Sequence record: OQ174503.1
Length of the DNA stretch: 64,000 nucleotides
DNA from: Escherichia phage REP4
Direction: 5' to 3' (one strand)
Under the pieces are notes generated by a model. That model ran no database searches, was not told where the DNA came from, and saw nothing but the letters and a program-made list of their open reading frames with translations. Of the stretch, positions 46,270 through 53,231 are shown one piece after another (position 1 is the stretch's first letter; the number at the start of each line of letters is the position of its first letter). Position numbers and translations under genes: made by a program.

Positions 46270-46299
46270 ATAGTATCTCAATTTTCAACAAAAGTAAAC
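46270..46299 (-). promoter_or_regulatory. Early promoter for sp (GTTTAC, 18 nt, TACTAT)
   Basis: Minus-strand GTTTAC at 46294-46299. Confidence 0.6.
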
Positions 46300-46346
46300 A
46301 CTAGTAGAAGCAAACAGACAAATTGCAATAATTGGTGATTTCAGTT

Positions 46347-46541
46347 TCATTCTTCTCCTCCTTCATGTTGATGAACATATTCTTTTTCAAGTCTAGAGCA
46401 CAAGTTTTCATATTCAACTAATAAAAGTGAATCAAGTGCGTTATTTCTATGCTGACACCGTTCTTGTAAAGAATCCATCTCTGAACGTTGTTCTTGTGTT
46501 AATAATTGATAACCTGATACTTTAGACATTTTGTTCTCCAT
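46347..46541 (-). CDS. Hypothetical 64-aa acidic helical protein
   Basis: ORF track; ATG; no counterpart I can place in the T4 61-41 interval. Confidence 0.55.
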   Translation of the reverse strand: MENKMSKVSGYQLLTQEQRSEMDSLQERCQHRNNALDSLLLVEYENLCSRLEKEYVHQHEGGEE

Positions 46542-46593
46542 TTACTCGTTTGTTTTGATAGGTCTATAATAACATGTTTAAAACAAAAGTAAA

Positions 46594-46848
46594 CTATTTT
46601 ATTTCCTCAAGTTCGTTAATCAATAAAAGTTCTCTGACGCTAAAAACAAAGAAAAATGTGTTCCCATCAACCAGAGCATGACCGCTAATAGAACACCCTC
46701 TGCGGAATTTAGAAACTTCACAATCTAGAACTGTAAAAGGTTTTAATCCTATGACTTTAGCTGTGCGTCTATTCAGTTCACAACCACTCGCGAATTTTTC
46801 CAAATCTTCTTCTGATTTAAACTGATATTCTCTATTAACTAGCATCAT
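46594..46848 (-). CDS. Hypothetical 84-aa protein with three Cys
   Basis: ORF track; preceded by its own early promoter. Confidence 0.55.
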   Translation of the reverse strand: MMLVNREYQFKSEEDLEKFASGCELNRRTAKVIGLKPFTVLDCEVSKFRRGCSISGHALVDGNTFFFVFSVRELLLINELEEIK

Positions 46849-46879
46849 TTTCTTTTCTCCGCGATTAGCTGATAGAATT

Positions 46880-46909
46880 ACTATAACACAACTCTATCAG
46901 CTTGTAAAC
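46880..46909 (-). promoter_or_regulatory. Early promoter (GTTTAC, 18 nt, TATAGT)
   Basis: Minus-strand GTTTAC at 46904-46909. Confidence 0.65.
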
Positions 46910-46911
46910 TA

Positions 46912-47154
46912 CTATTTTACTAGCATCAATAGCTGTTTCTCTAACTTGACGATTTTACGAAAGTATCTTTTGCATTGGCGAATCTGTCGCTTCGTAGGGC
47001 GCACAGCAAACTTAATAAATTCCACTCGACCAAATGGAGGGCTTTCTTCTGCTGGAATATCTAACACCAATTCCCACGTATCTGCAACAAGTGCTTTGAA
47101 TTGAGTATTTTTCCTGACATTATATGGAGTAGGTTTAAATAAAACAATATGCAT
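46912..47154 (-). CDS. Hypothetical 80-aa basic protein at the T4 61.4 position (the gene reported as toxIN inhibitor TifA in T4)
   Basis: ORF track 46912..47196 shortened to ATG at MHIVLFKPTPY with RBS GAGGATAAT; Lys/Arg-rich C-terminus; assignment by position only. Confidence 0.5.
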   Translation of the reverse strand: MHIVLFKPTPYNVRKNTQFKALVADTWELVLDIPAEESPPFGRVEFIKFAVRPTKRQIRQCKRYFRKIVKLEKQLLMLVK

Positions 47155-47155
47155 A

Positions 47156-47338
47156 TTATCCTCGGCAATCCACTTCACATACTTTCTTGTCATCAATGAA
47201 AGCTTTAACTAATGCTTTATTAACTTCAGCATATTGAGTAGTAGCCCATTGAACGTCATCTTTCATCATTGTGATTTCTTTAGTAAACATGCTTTCATTC
47301 TTAAACCACCCCATAAAAACTACCTTTACCAATTCCAT
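47156..47338 (-). CDS. dmd: Dmd-like antitoxin (inhibitor of RnlA/LsoA toxins), 60 aa
   Basis: ORF track; 60 aa, directly downstream of helicase 41 with its own early promoter, as T4 dmd (61.5). Confidence 0.6.
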   Translation of the reverse strand: MELVKVVFMGWFKNESMFTKEITMMKDDVQWATTQYAEVNKALVKAFIDDKKVCEVDCRG

Positions 47339-47367
47339 AACAATCTCCTCATTTAACCAACAAGACT

Positions 47368-47397
47368 ACTATACCATAGTCTTGTCGGCTTGTAAAC
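47368..47397 (-). promoter_or_regulatory. Early promoter for dmd (GTTTAC, 18 nt, TATAGT)
   Basis: Minus-strand GTTTAC at 47392-47397. Confidence 0.65.
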
Positions 47398-48824
47398 TAA
47401 AATTTTAATTCATTTGCCAAAGCATCTAACTGAGCTCGAGCGGATTCGTTTCTTTGATAGCGGTTCTGTTCAGCTTGTATCTGTTGTGAACCTGCTACTT
47501 CGTTCACTTCAGTTGGAGTAGAATCTTGTTCAATTTCTACCCATTTCTGATTTCCTTTTTGAACACCCATCAAAAACTTATTCCATTTATTCTTATCACC
47601 ATATCGTGATTTGATTTGCTTAATGAGTTGCTGTTCAGCCGCTGCTAACTCCTCGGTTTCAATGACCGCAAGCATAAAATCGGCTGTTGCTGGAAGACCG
47701 GCAGATTCTGCAATATCGCTCATGTTAACATCAGAAGAATCCCAAGCTTGCTTACCAACCTGTGCTGCAGTCCAAAGAACAGTTTCGGTTTCAACAGCCA
47801 GAGCACGCAATTCCTCTGCAATAGCTTTAACAGTTGTATAACTATTTTCTGAATAAACTCTGATGCGGCAAGATTTACAAATACCTAGATAGTCAACAAT
47901 AATGATTGTTGGAACAAAATTCTTCTTGAGCTTTAATTCGTTTAAAAGAGAACGAAATGTATTAGCGTCTGCTCCACCAGTAGGATACTGTTTAACGATT
48001 AAACGACCGAGAGTAGATTTCTCACGCCATTTTTCCATTTTTCCTTTATACTCAGCATAAGAAATATGCCCATCATCAATGTCATCAAGAGAAACATCGA
48101 GCATATTAGCGTCAATACGTTTAGCACAGACTTCTTCTGCCATTTCCATGGAAATGTAAAGAACATTATGACCGAGCTGTAAATAATCTGCTGCCAATGA
48201 ACATAGACCTAATGACTTACCAACGTTAACACCAGCCATTAAAACGTTCAGTGTTCCAGTCTCAGCTCCGCCTTTAGTAATTTTATTTAGAATTTTGAGT
48301 TTAAATGGAACCTTACGAGCTTTATTCATATAAGATAGCCAACGTGCTTCGTAGTCATCCATCCAATCATGGCCAACATAGCTATCAAATGAAATTGATA
48401 ATGCTTGACGCATGATGTCAGGAATAGCACCAACATCCGGCATTTTCTTATTTCGTTTTTCCGGAGGAAGTTCAGCATTAGTTTGAATTTCAATTATTTT
48501 AGACGTAGCATTAAACATCGCCCTTTGCTGAACATATTTTTCCGTTTCTTTTACTAACCAGCTGTGGTCTTCCGGAGAATCGGTTAGTTTTGAAATAAGT
48601 GTTTTTACACCAGAATATTCTGTTTCAGTAAATGAACTATTTTCTAATGCAACATTTAACGCATTAATAGATGGAACGCTATGGTACTCATTAACATGAG
48701 ATTTAATTAATTTGAATGTATTTTTAGCTGGACCACTTTCAAAATATTCTGAATCCATATATGGCCAAACTTTTGAAAAATAAGCTTGATCAAATATGAG
48801 ATGAGAAAGAATAATTTCTACCAC
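47397..48824 (-). CDS. 41: Replicative DNA helicase gp41 (DnaB family), 475 aa; apparent GTG start
   Basis: ORF track; near-identical to T4 gp41; first codon GTG with AAGGAG RBS 5 nt upstream. Confidence 0.95.
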   Translation of the reverse strand: MVEIILSHLIFDQAYFSKVWPYMDSEYFESGPAKNTFKLIKSHVNEYHSVPSINALNVALENSSFTETEYSGVKTLISKLTDSPEDHSWLVKETEKYVQQRAMFNATSKIIEIQTNAELPPEKRNKKMPDVGAIPDIMRQALSISFDSYVGHDWMDDYEARWLSYMNKARKVPFKLKILNKITKGGAETGTLNVLMAGVNVGKSLGLCSLAADYLQLGHNVLYISMEMAEEVCAKRIDANMLDVSLDDIDDGHISYAEYKGKMEKWREKSTLGRLIVKQYPTGGADANTFRSLLNELKLKKNFVPTIIIVDYLGICKSCRIRVYSENSYTTVKAIAEELRALAVETETVLWTAAQVGKQAWDSSDVNMSDIAESAGLPATADFMLAVIETEELAAAEQQLIKQIKSRYGDKNKWNKFLMGVQKGNQKWVEIEQDSTPTEVNEVAGSQQIQAEQNRYQRNESARAQLDALANELKF

Positions 48825-48833
48825 ACTTACTCC

Positions 48834-49178
48834 TTAAAAGAATTTAAATTTTTTCTTTGACCTTTTATTAAATGCATCTTGCAGTTGCATTGTAATACAT
48901 TTTTCTACATGAGGAGCTAACTCAGCTTTTCTTTCTTGGTCAAGAACAGCAAAGTCCATTACGACTTTTCCATCAACCCAATCTAATTTTGTCACATACA
49001 CAATGTGTGTAGAACCATCTTCTAGTTTAATGACAATCTCCTGGATAACATTTTCCATGGCAGATTTAATTATCTTAAGAGATTCATTAAAAAGACGTTC
49101 TTTTCTTTCTTCTTCCCCCTCCGAAGAGGGGGATTCGTCGATAATTTCTAGATCTAAATCTAAATCATCTTTATTCAT
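48834..49178 (-). CDS. 40: Head vertex assembly chaperone gp40, 114 aa
   Basis: ORF track 48834..49196 shortened to ATG at MNKDDLDLDLEIIDESPSSEGEE, overlapping the uvsX stop. Confidence 0.8.
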   Translation of the reverse strand: MNKDDLDLDLEIIDESPSSEGEEERKERLFNESLKIIKSAMENVIQEIVIKLEDGSTHIVYVTKLDWVDGKVVMDFAVLDQERKAELAPHVEKCITMQLQDAFNKRSKKKFKFF

Positions 49179-50352
49179 TAAATTCTTCCATATCACTTAA
49201 CTGATCTAGGTCAGTTTCTAAATCAGCTGCTGATTTGTTTTTACTTTCTGGAGATTTAAATTTTTCAACCTTTGAGTTAATCAATTCATCAACTTCAGCT
49301 TCAACAATTTCATTACTATCAATAGCACCTAACTGATAAGCACGTTTAATAGCATCTCGGAATGGCTGATGCTTAAATAAAGGACCCCAGAATGTAGTGC
49401 AATTGGTATCTTTTGCACGCCAAGATTTTTCTTCGCGAATCATCTCGCCGGTTTCTTCATCAAGAAATTCACGAGCATACCAACCATTTTTAGGTTTTAC
49501 CACAAATCCTAATTCAAGAGCCATATCTAACAATCCAGAATAAGGATCGATACCACCGTCAAATTTAACATCAATAAAAAATTTACTTTTTTCTTTAACG
49601 GTACGAGATTTTTCTACATTTAGAACAAATTGATACCCCTGAAGATCAGAACCATCTTTAATCTGGCGCTTACCGATAATGAATACAGTATCAGCCGAAT
49701 ACATTACGCCTGTACCACCTGTCATCACGGTTTTACTAAACATTTCAATTGTTTCAATTGTATGGTTAACCGCAACACATGGAATGTTTTTAATACTAAA
49801 ATAAGGAGTAACAATACGGAATAATGACTTCAGCGATTTAGCACGAGTCATATCTGCCACAGATTTTTCATTCAAGGCATCTTCCGTTTCTTTCTTAGAA
49901 GCCATATTACCGATTGAGTCGATAAATACAATAACTTTTTCACCGCGCTCAATAGCTTCAAGCTGATTCACCATATCAATTTTCAGCTGTTCAACTGACT
50001 GAATTGGCGTATGAATTACTCGTTCCGGGTCAACTCCCATGGATCGCAAATAAGCTGGAGTAATACCAAATTCGCTATCATAAAATAGACAAACCGCATC
50101 AGGATATTTGTTCAAATACGCCGCAACCATAGTCAAAGACATATTTGATTTAAAGTGTTTAGAAGGACCTGCAAAAATAGTTAAACCAGACTGCATACCA
50201 CCATCAATCGCGCCAGAAATAGCGATATTGAGCATTGGAATTTTTGTACGGATTACATCCTTTTCATTAAAGAATTTAGATGTAGTCAGTTCAGCAGTCA
50301 TTTTAGAAGTGGAAGCTTTAATCAAACGGGATTTTAAATCTGCAATAGACAT
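49171..50352 (-). CDS. uvsX: UvsX recombinase (RecA family), 393 aa
   Basis: ORF track; near-identical to T4 UvsX (Walker A GPSKHFKS; C-terminal acidic tail). Confidence 0.96.
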   Translation of the reverse strand: MSIADLKSRLIKASTSKMTAELTTSKFFNEKDVIRTKIPMLNIAISGAIDGGMQSGLTIFAGPSKHFKSNMSLTMVAAYLNKYPDAVCLFYDSEFGITPAYLRSMGVDPERVIHTPIQSVEQLKIDMVNQLEAIERGEKVIVFIDSIGNMASKKETEDALNEKSVADMTRAKSLKSLFRIVTPYFSIKNIPCVAVNHTIETIEMFSKTVMTGGTGVMYSADTVFIIGKRQIKDGSDLQGYQFVLNVEKSRTVKEKSKFFIDVKFDGGIDPYSGLLDMALELGFVVKPKNGWYAREFLDEETGEMIREEKSWRAKDTNCTTFWGPLFKHQPFRDAIKRAYQLGAIDSNEIVEAEVDELINSKVEKFKSPESKNKSAADLETDLDQLSDMEEFNE

Positions 50353-50429
50353 TCATTTTTTCCATAGGCATCATTATATTTTCCTCACTGGTTAAAGATA
50401 GAATAATTATAACACAATAAATTTAGGCA

Positions 50430-51272
50430 TTAATCGACTGCTATTGGATGAATAGCATTAAACTTATGAAACGCTTCTGATTTTTCTTTGCGCGAAACAC
50501 ACATGCGAAGAACCTTTAATGGCTCGTCTTCTTCACCTAATGATTTTCGTTTTTCAATATTAGAAGTTTTCCAACGAGCTTGCTCTGGAAACTCTTTATT
50601 GATTTGCTCAAGAGCTCTATTATGTTTTGAATTACTACGAATTGAACTACATCCGCCTGGAGCTTGTGCTTTTCCAGACACAACCAGATATTTGAACAAA
50701 GCCAAATGCGGATAACCCTGATTAATTAAATTGAGAAATGCATACATATCTTCGCATAAATCAATTTTTCCATACCCAATTTGTTCTGTAGTAAGTTTTC
50801 CGAGGTCATACCATGTATTCGTGAATCCATATGAATTTTCACGATAATTACCCCAAGATGAAGTAATTTTAAAAATAGGTAGACGAGCATGACCGTGATA
50901 ATACCCGCAATCCATGGCATCTTCAACGTATTGAATCAATTCATAGAACTGTTCACGAGTTAATTGATTAATTTTATCTACGCAGCGACGATCATCTTTC
51001 TTTCGCATTGAACTCATACGAATAGTAGTATCATCATCAATCATCCAAATTCGTTGACCTGCATACATATCAGTAATTGCTTTACGAGTTCCAGCAATTC
51101 CATTAACATCATCAGGAATAGTTATAATTTTAGCCCTAGACCCGTAAGCGTCATAATAAGCTTTTTCTTCATGTTCACGTACTACAATATGAGGTTCATA
51201 ATCAGTCGGAAACATATCAAGGGCAGAAACTGCCCCTACGCGTTGATAGCTTGGAATTACGAATTGAATCAT
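50430..51272 (-). CDS. ba-gt: GT-A fold glucosyltransferase, 280 aa, at the position where T4 encodes b-gt; probable beta-alpha-glucosyltransferase of T2/T6 type
   Basis: ORF track start is GTG; ATG at MIQFVIPSYQR overlapping gene 42 stop (ATGA); DxD-type motif WMIDDDTT; 280 aa versus 351 aa for T4 b-gt. Confidence 0.65.
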   Translation of the reverse strand: MIQFVIPSYQRVGAVSALDMFPTDYEPHIVVREHEEKAYYDAYGSRAKIITIPDDVNGIAGTRKAITDMYAGQRIWMIDDDTTIRMSSMRKKDDRRCVDKINQLTREQFYELIQYVEDAMDCGYYHGHARLPIFKITSSWGNYRENSYGFTNTWYDLGKLTTEQIGYGKIDLCEDMYAFLNLINQGYPHLALFKYLVVSGKAQAPGGCSSIRSNSKHNRALEQINKEFPEQARWKTSNIEKRKSLGEEDEPLKVLRMCVSRKEKSEAFHKFNAIHPIAVD

Positions 51273-52009
51273 TTCCACTCACCGTTATAATCTTTTTTCG
51301 CAATATGAGTTTCGCCAGTTTTCCACCAATGGTCAACCAAATAAAAATGACGGGAATACACATGAAGGCTACCGACATTCCATATAATGGAACCTGCTTT
51401 ATACTGACGAGTTGAATCACCTGCATTCAAATCAGATACTAATTTATCTAGTACATATTTTTGCCATGCATAATCATTACGGAATCCGAAGACCACGTCA
51501 TTTGAACGCATGTTAACCACTGCATTAATTTTCTTATCACGAATCAGGTACTGTACTGTATTAGTACACATGAAATCCGACATGCCATCTTTATTGTAGT
51601 CAAACTGCATGGATGGACGAGTATAAATCATGATACCGCGTCGAGAATCAGGATTTTGACCAAGTTCAGCTAAACACATATCATACTGGGCATAGTTATC
51701 TTCTGACCAGATGGCCCAACCATAATTCGAGTTAATTTCGCCTTTAGAAGATGCTACCTGCTGCCAAATCTTCGGCGTTTCACCTGGAATATCTTTAACA
51801 AACAAACTTTGAGACTTATACCATTCAAGTTCACGCTGAATGTATTCATCATTAAGAGCGCCAAAAATAAAAGGTTCATCTGCTACAAATGATGCACCAA
51901 TAATTTCAATAGTTTTAACACCGGTTTTATCAATTACGAAATCTTTTTCCTTTAATGCAAGACCCAAATCAAGACGGATTTCTTCAACTGTCATATAATC
52001 GTTAATCAT
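51269..52009 (-). CDS. 42: dCMP hydroxymethylase gp42, 246 aa
   Basis: ORF track; size identical to T4 gp42; thymidylate-synthase-like fold motifs. Confidence 0.93.
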   Translation of the reverse strand: MINDYMTVEEIRLDLGLALKEKDFVIDKTGVKTIEIIGASFVADEPFIFGALNDEYIQRELEWYKSQSLFVKDIPGETPKIWQQVASSKGEINSNYGWAIWSEDNYAQYDMCLAELGQNPDSRRGIMIYTRPSMQFDYNKDGMSDFMCTNTVQYLIRDKKINAVVNMRSNDVVFGFRNDYAWQKYVLDKLVSDLNAGDSTRQYKAGSIIWNVGSLHVYSRHFYLVDHWWKTGETHIAKKDYNGEWK

Positions 52010-52016
52010 TTAAACC

Positions 52017-52166
52017 TCAATTGATGCATTCATATTTAATTTGTAACAGTAATAAACTCCAACCTATAATAAGTGGCGGAATCATAAGAGGAACTGTTAC
52101 GCTATAGTATATACTTATTATAATCATCAAGATTAAAAGCAATACTGCTAAAATTTTGCTTTTCAT
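52017..52166 (-). CDS. Hypothetical 49-aa membrane peptide translationally coupled to imm (not in ORF track)
   Basis: Manual translation MKSKILAVLLLILMIIISIYYSVTVPLMIPPLIIGWSLLLLQIKYECIN; ATG overlaps imm stop (ATGA). Confidence 0.45.
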   Translation of the reverse strand: MKSKILAVLLLILMIIISIYYSVTVPLMIPPLIIGWSLLLLQIKYECIN

Positions 52167-52414
52167 TCCTTCTCTCTGATGATAATTACTTGATTTTGCT
52201 GTACAGATTTTTTAGTTTCACCCGCAATTGACCAAATAAATGTAATAAACCAACCAATGATTGACCAGTTAAACAGTAAAGATGTGAAAAAGATTCCTAC
52301 TGTCGATTTTGACCCACGCATCAAGGCGATGAACCATGGAAGCATGTATATAATAATAGCCAACACGCCTGAAACTAAAACCATAAAAATTGAACCTGCT
52401 ACTAAAGTTTCCAT
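52163..52414 (-). CDS. imm: Superinfection immunity membrane protein Imm, 83 aa
   Basis: ORF track; 83 aa with two TM helices, located between 42 and 43 as in T4. Confidence 0.8.
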   Translation of the reverse strand: METLVAGSIFMVLVSGVLAIIIYMLPWFIALMRGSKSTVGIFFTSLLFNWSIIGWFITFIWSIAGETKKSVQQNQVIIIREKE

Positions 52415-52421
52415 ATTTTCC

Positions 52422-52802
52422 TCACTTAGTCAAATTTTTTACGCATGAATTATAAGAATTCACTACATACTCCATCGGAGCATTTTTACCTGTACGCCAT
52501 TGGTAATTATTAGCCCAATTAGCCCAAAGCTCAGCGCAGTAGTTTTCAATTTTTTCTTCGCGTGTAATTACATCTGAATTACGATATGCTTGAGCAGATT
52601 CATCTGGGCGAATAGCTTCGTCAAAATTCGCCTGCATCTGTTCTACTGTCTGTTTTGGAGCTTCTTTATAACACTTGACGTTAGGATTATAAAATTTGCT
52701 TGAACAGTTTACAATTTTTCCTACATCAGACTGATTTACTACCGGTCCTTGAGCTACACATCCAGTAAGACCCAATACAATAACCAAAATAGCGATTTTC
52801 AT
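52422..52802 (-). CDS. Putative lipoprotein, 126 aa
   Basis: ORF track; signal peptide MKIAILVIVLGLTGC with lipobox L-T-G-C; four further Cys in mature part. Confidence 0.65.
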   Translation of the reverse strand: MKIAILVIVLGLTGCVAQGPVVNQSDVGKIVNCSSKFYNPNVKCYKEAPKQTVEQMQANFDEAIRPDESAQAYRNSDVITREEKIENYCAELWANWANNYQWRTGKNAPMEYVVNSYNSCVKNLTK

Positions 52803-52812
52803 AATAATTTCC

Positions 52813-53049
52813 TCAAATACAAGTAGTAATTACTCCAGTAGTGCTTACACAGGTATTACCTAATTGAACACCCAACGTTCCATTAGTATTCATATGAAGA
52901 TTATCATCAATTTTTGTTGATACTTTACCATTCATGTGAATAATAGTATTAGATTCAATCACATTCTGAGTGTCATTTTCAATATCAATAAATGGAACAG
53001 TTGCTAATGCAACTAAACACGCTGCTAAACAACCATAAACAATTTTCAT
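52813..53049 (-). CDS. Putative secreted 78-aa protein
   Basis: ORF track 52813..53160 shortened to ATG at MKIVYGCLAACLVALATVPF (signal peptide, A-L-A cleavage motif); upstream part is promoter read-through. Confidence 0.55.
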   Translation of the reverse strand: MKIVYGCLAACLVALATVPFIDIENDTQNVIESNTIIHMNGKVSTKIDDNLHMNTNGTLGVQLGNTCVSTTGVITTCI

Positions 53050-53083
53050 TTTATTCTCCAAATCCGTATCAGTTGATAGTTGT

Positions 53084-53113
53084 ATAGTACCATGGAAGAA
53101 CGGGAATGTAAAC
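53084..53113 (-). promoter_or_regulatory. Early promoter (GTTTAC, 18 nt, TACTAT)
   Basis: Minus-strand GTTTAC at 53108-53113; conserved flank as in other copies. Confidence 0.7.
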
Positions 53114-53196
53114 AGTTTTGTGAAAAAAATTTTTAATGAATTTACAGGACCTAGAATCATCTATTTTTCCTAAGTATAGATTTATATTACTTGTAT

Positions 53197-53219
53197 GAAA
53201 AAGGGACCCGGAGGTCCCT
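53197..53219 (-). terminator. Terminator AGGGACC-TCCG-GGTCCCT plus U-run after gene 43
   Basis: 7-bp perfect stem and T-run on the minus strand, 12 nt after gene 43 stop. Confidence 0.8.
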
Positions 53220-53231
53220 AGATTTATTCTA

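Noticed and set aside
3696-53113. Dispersed 30-45-nt repeats, considered as possible CRISPR array or mobile-element ends
   Set aside because: Copies are separated by whole genes, sit upstream of ORFs in one orientation and match the T4 early promoter consensus; no regular repeat-spacer structure.
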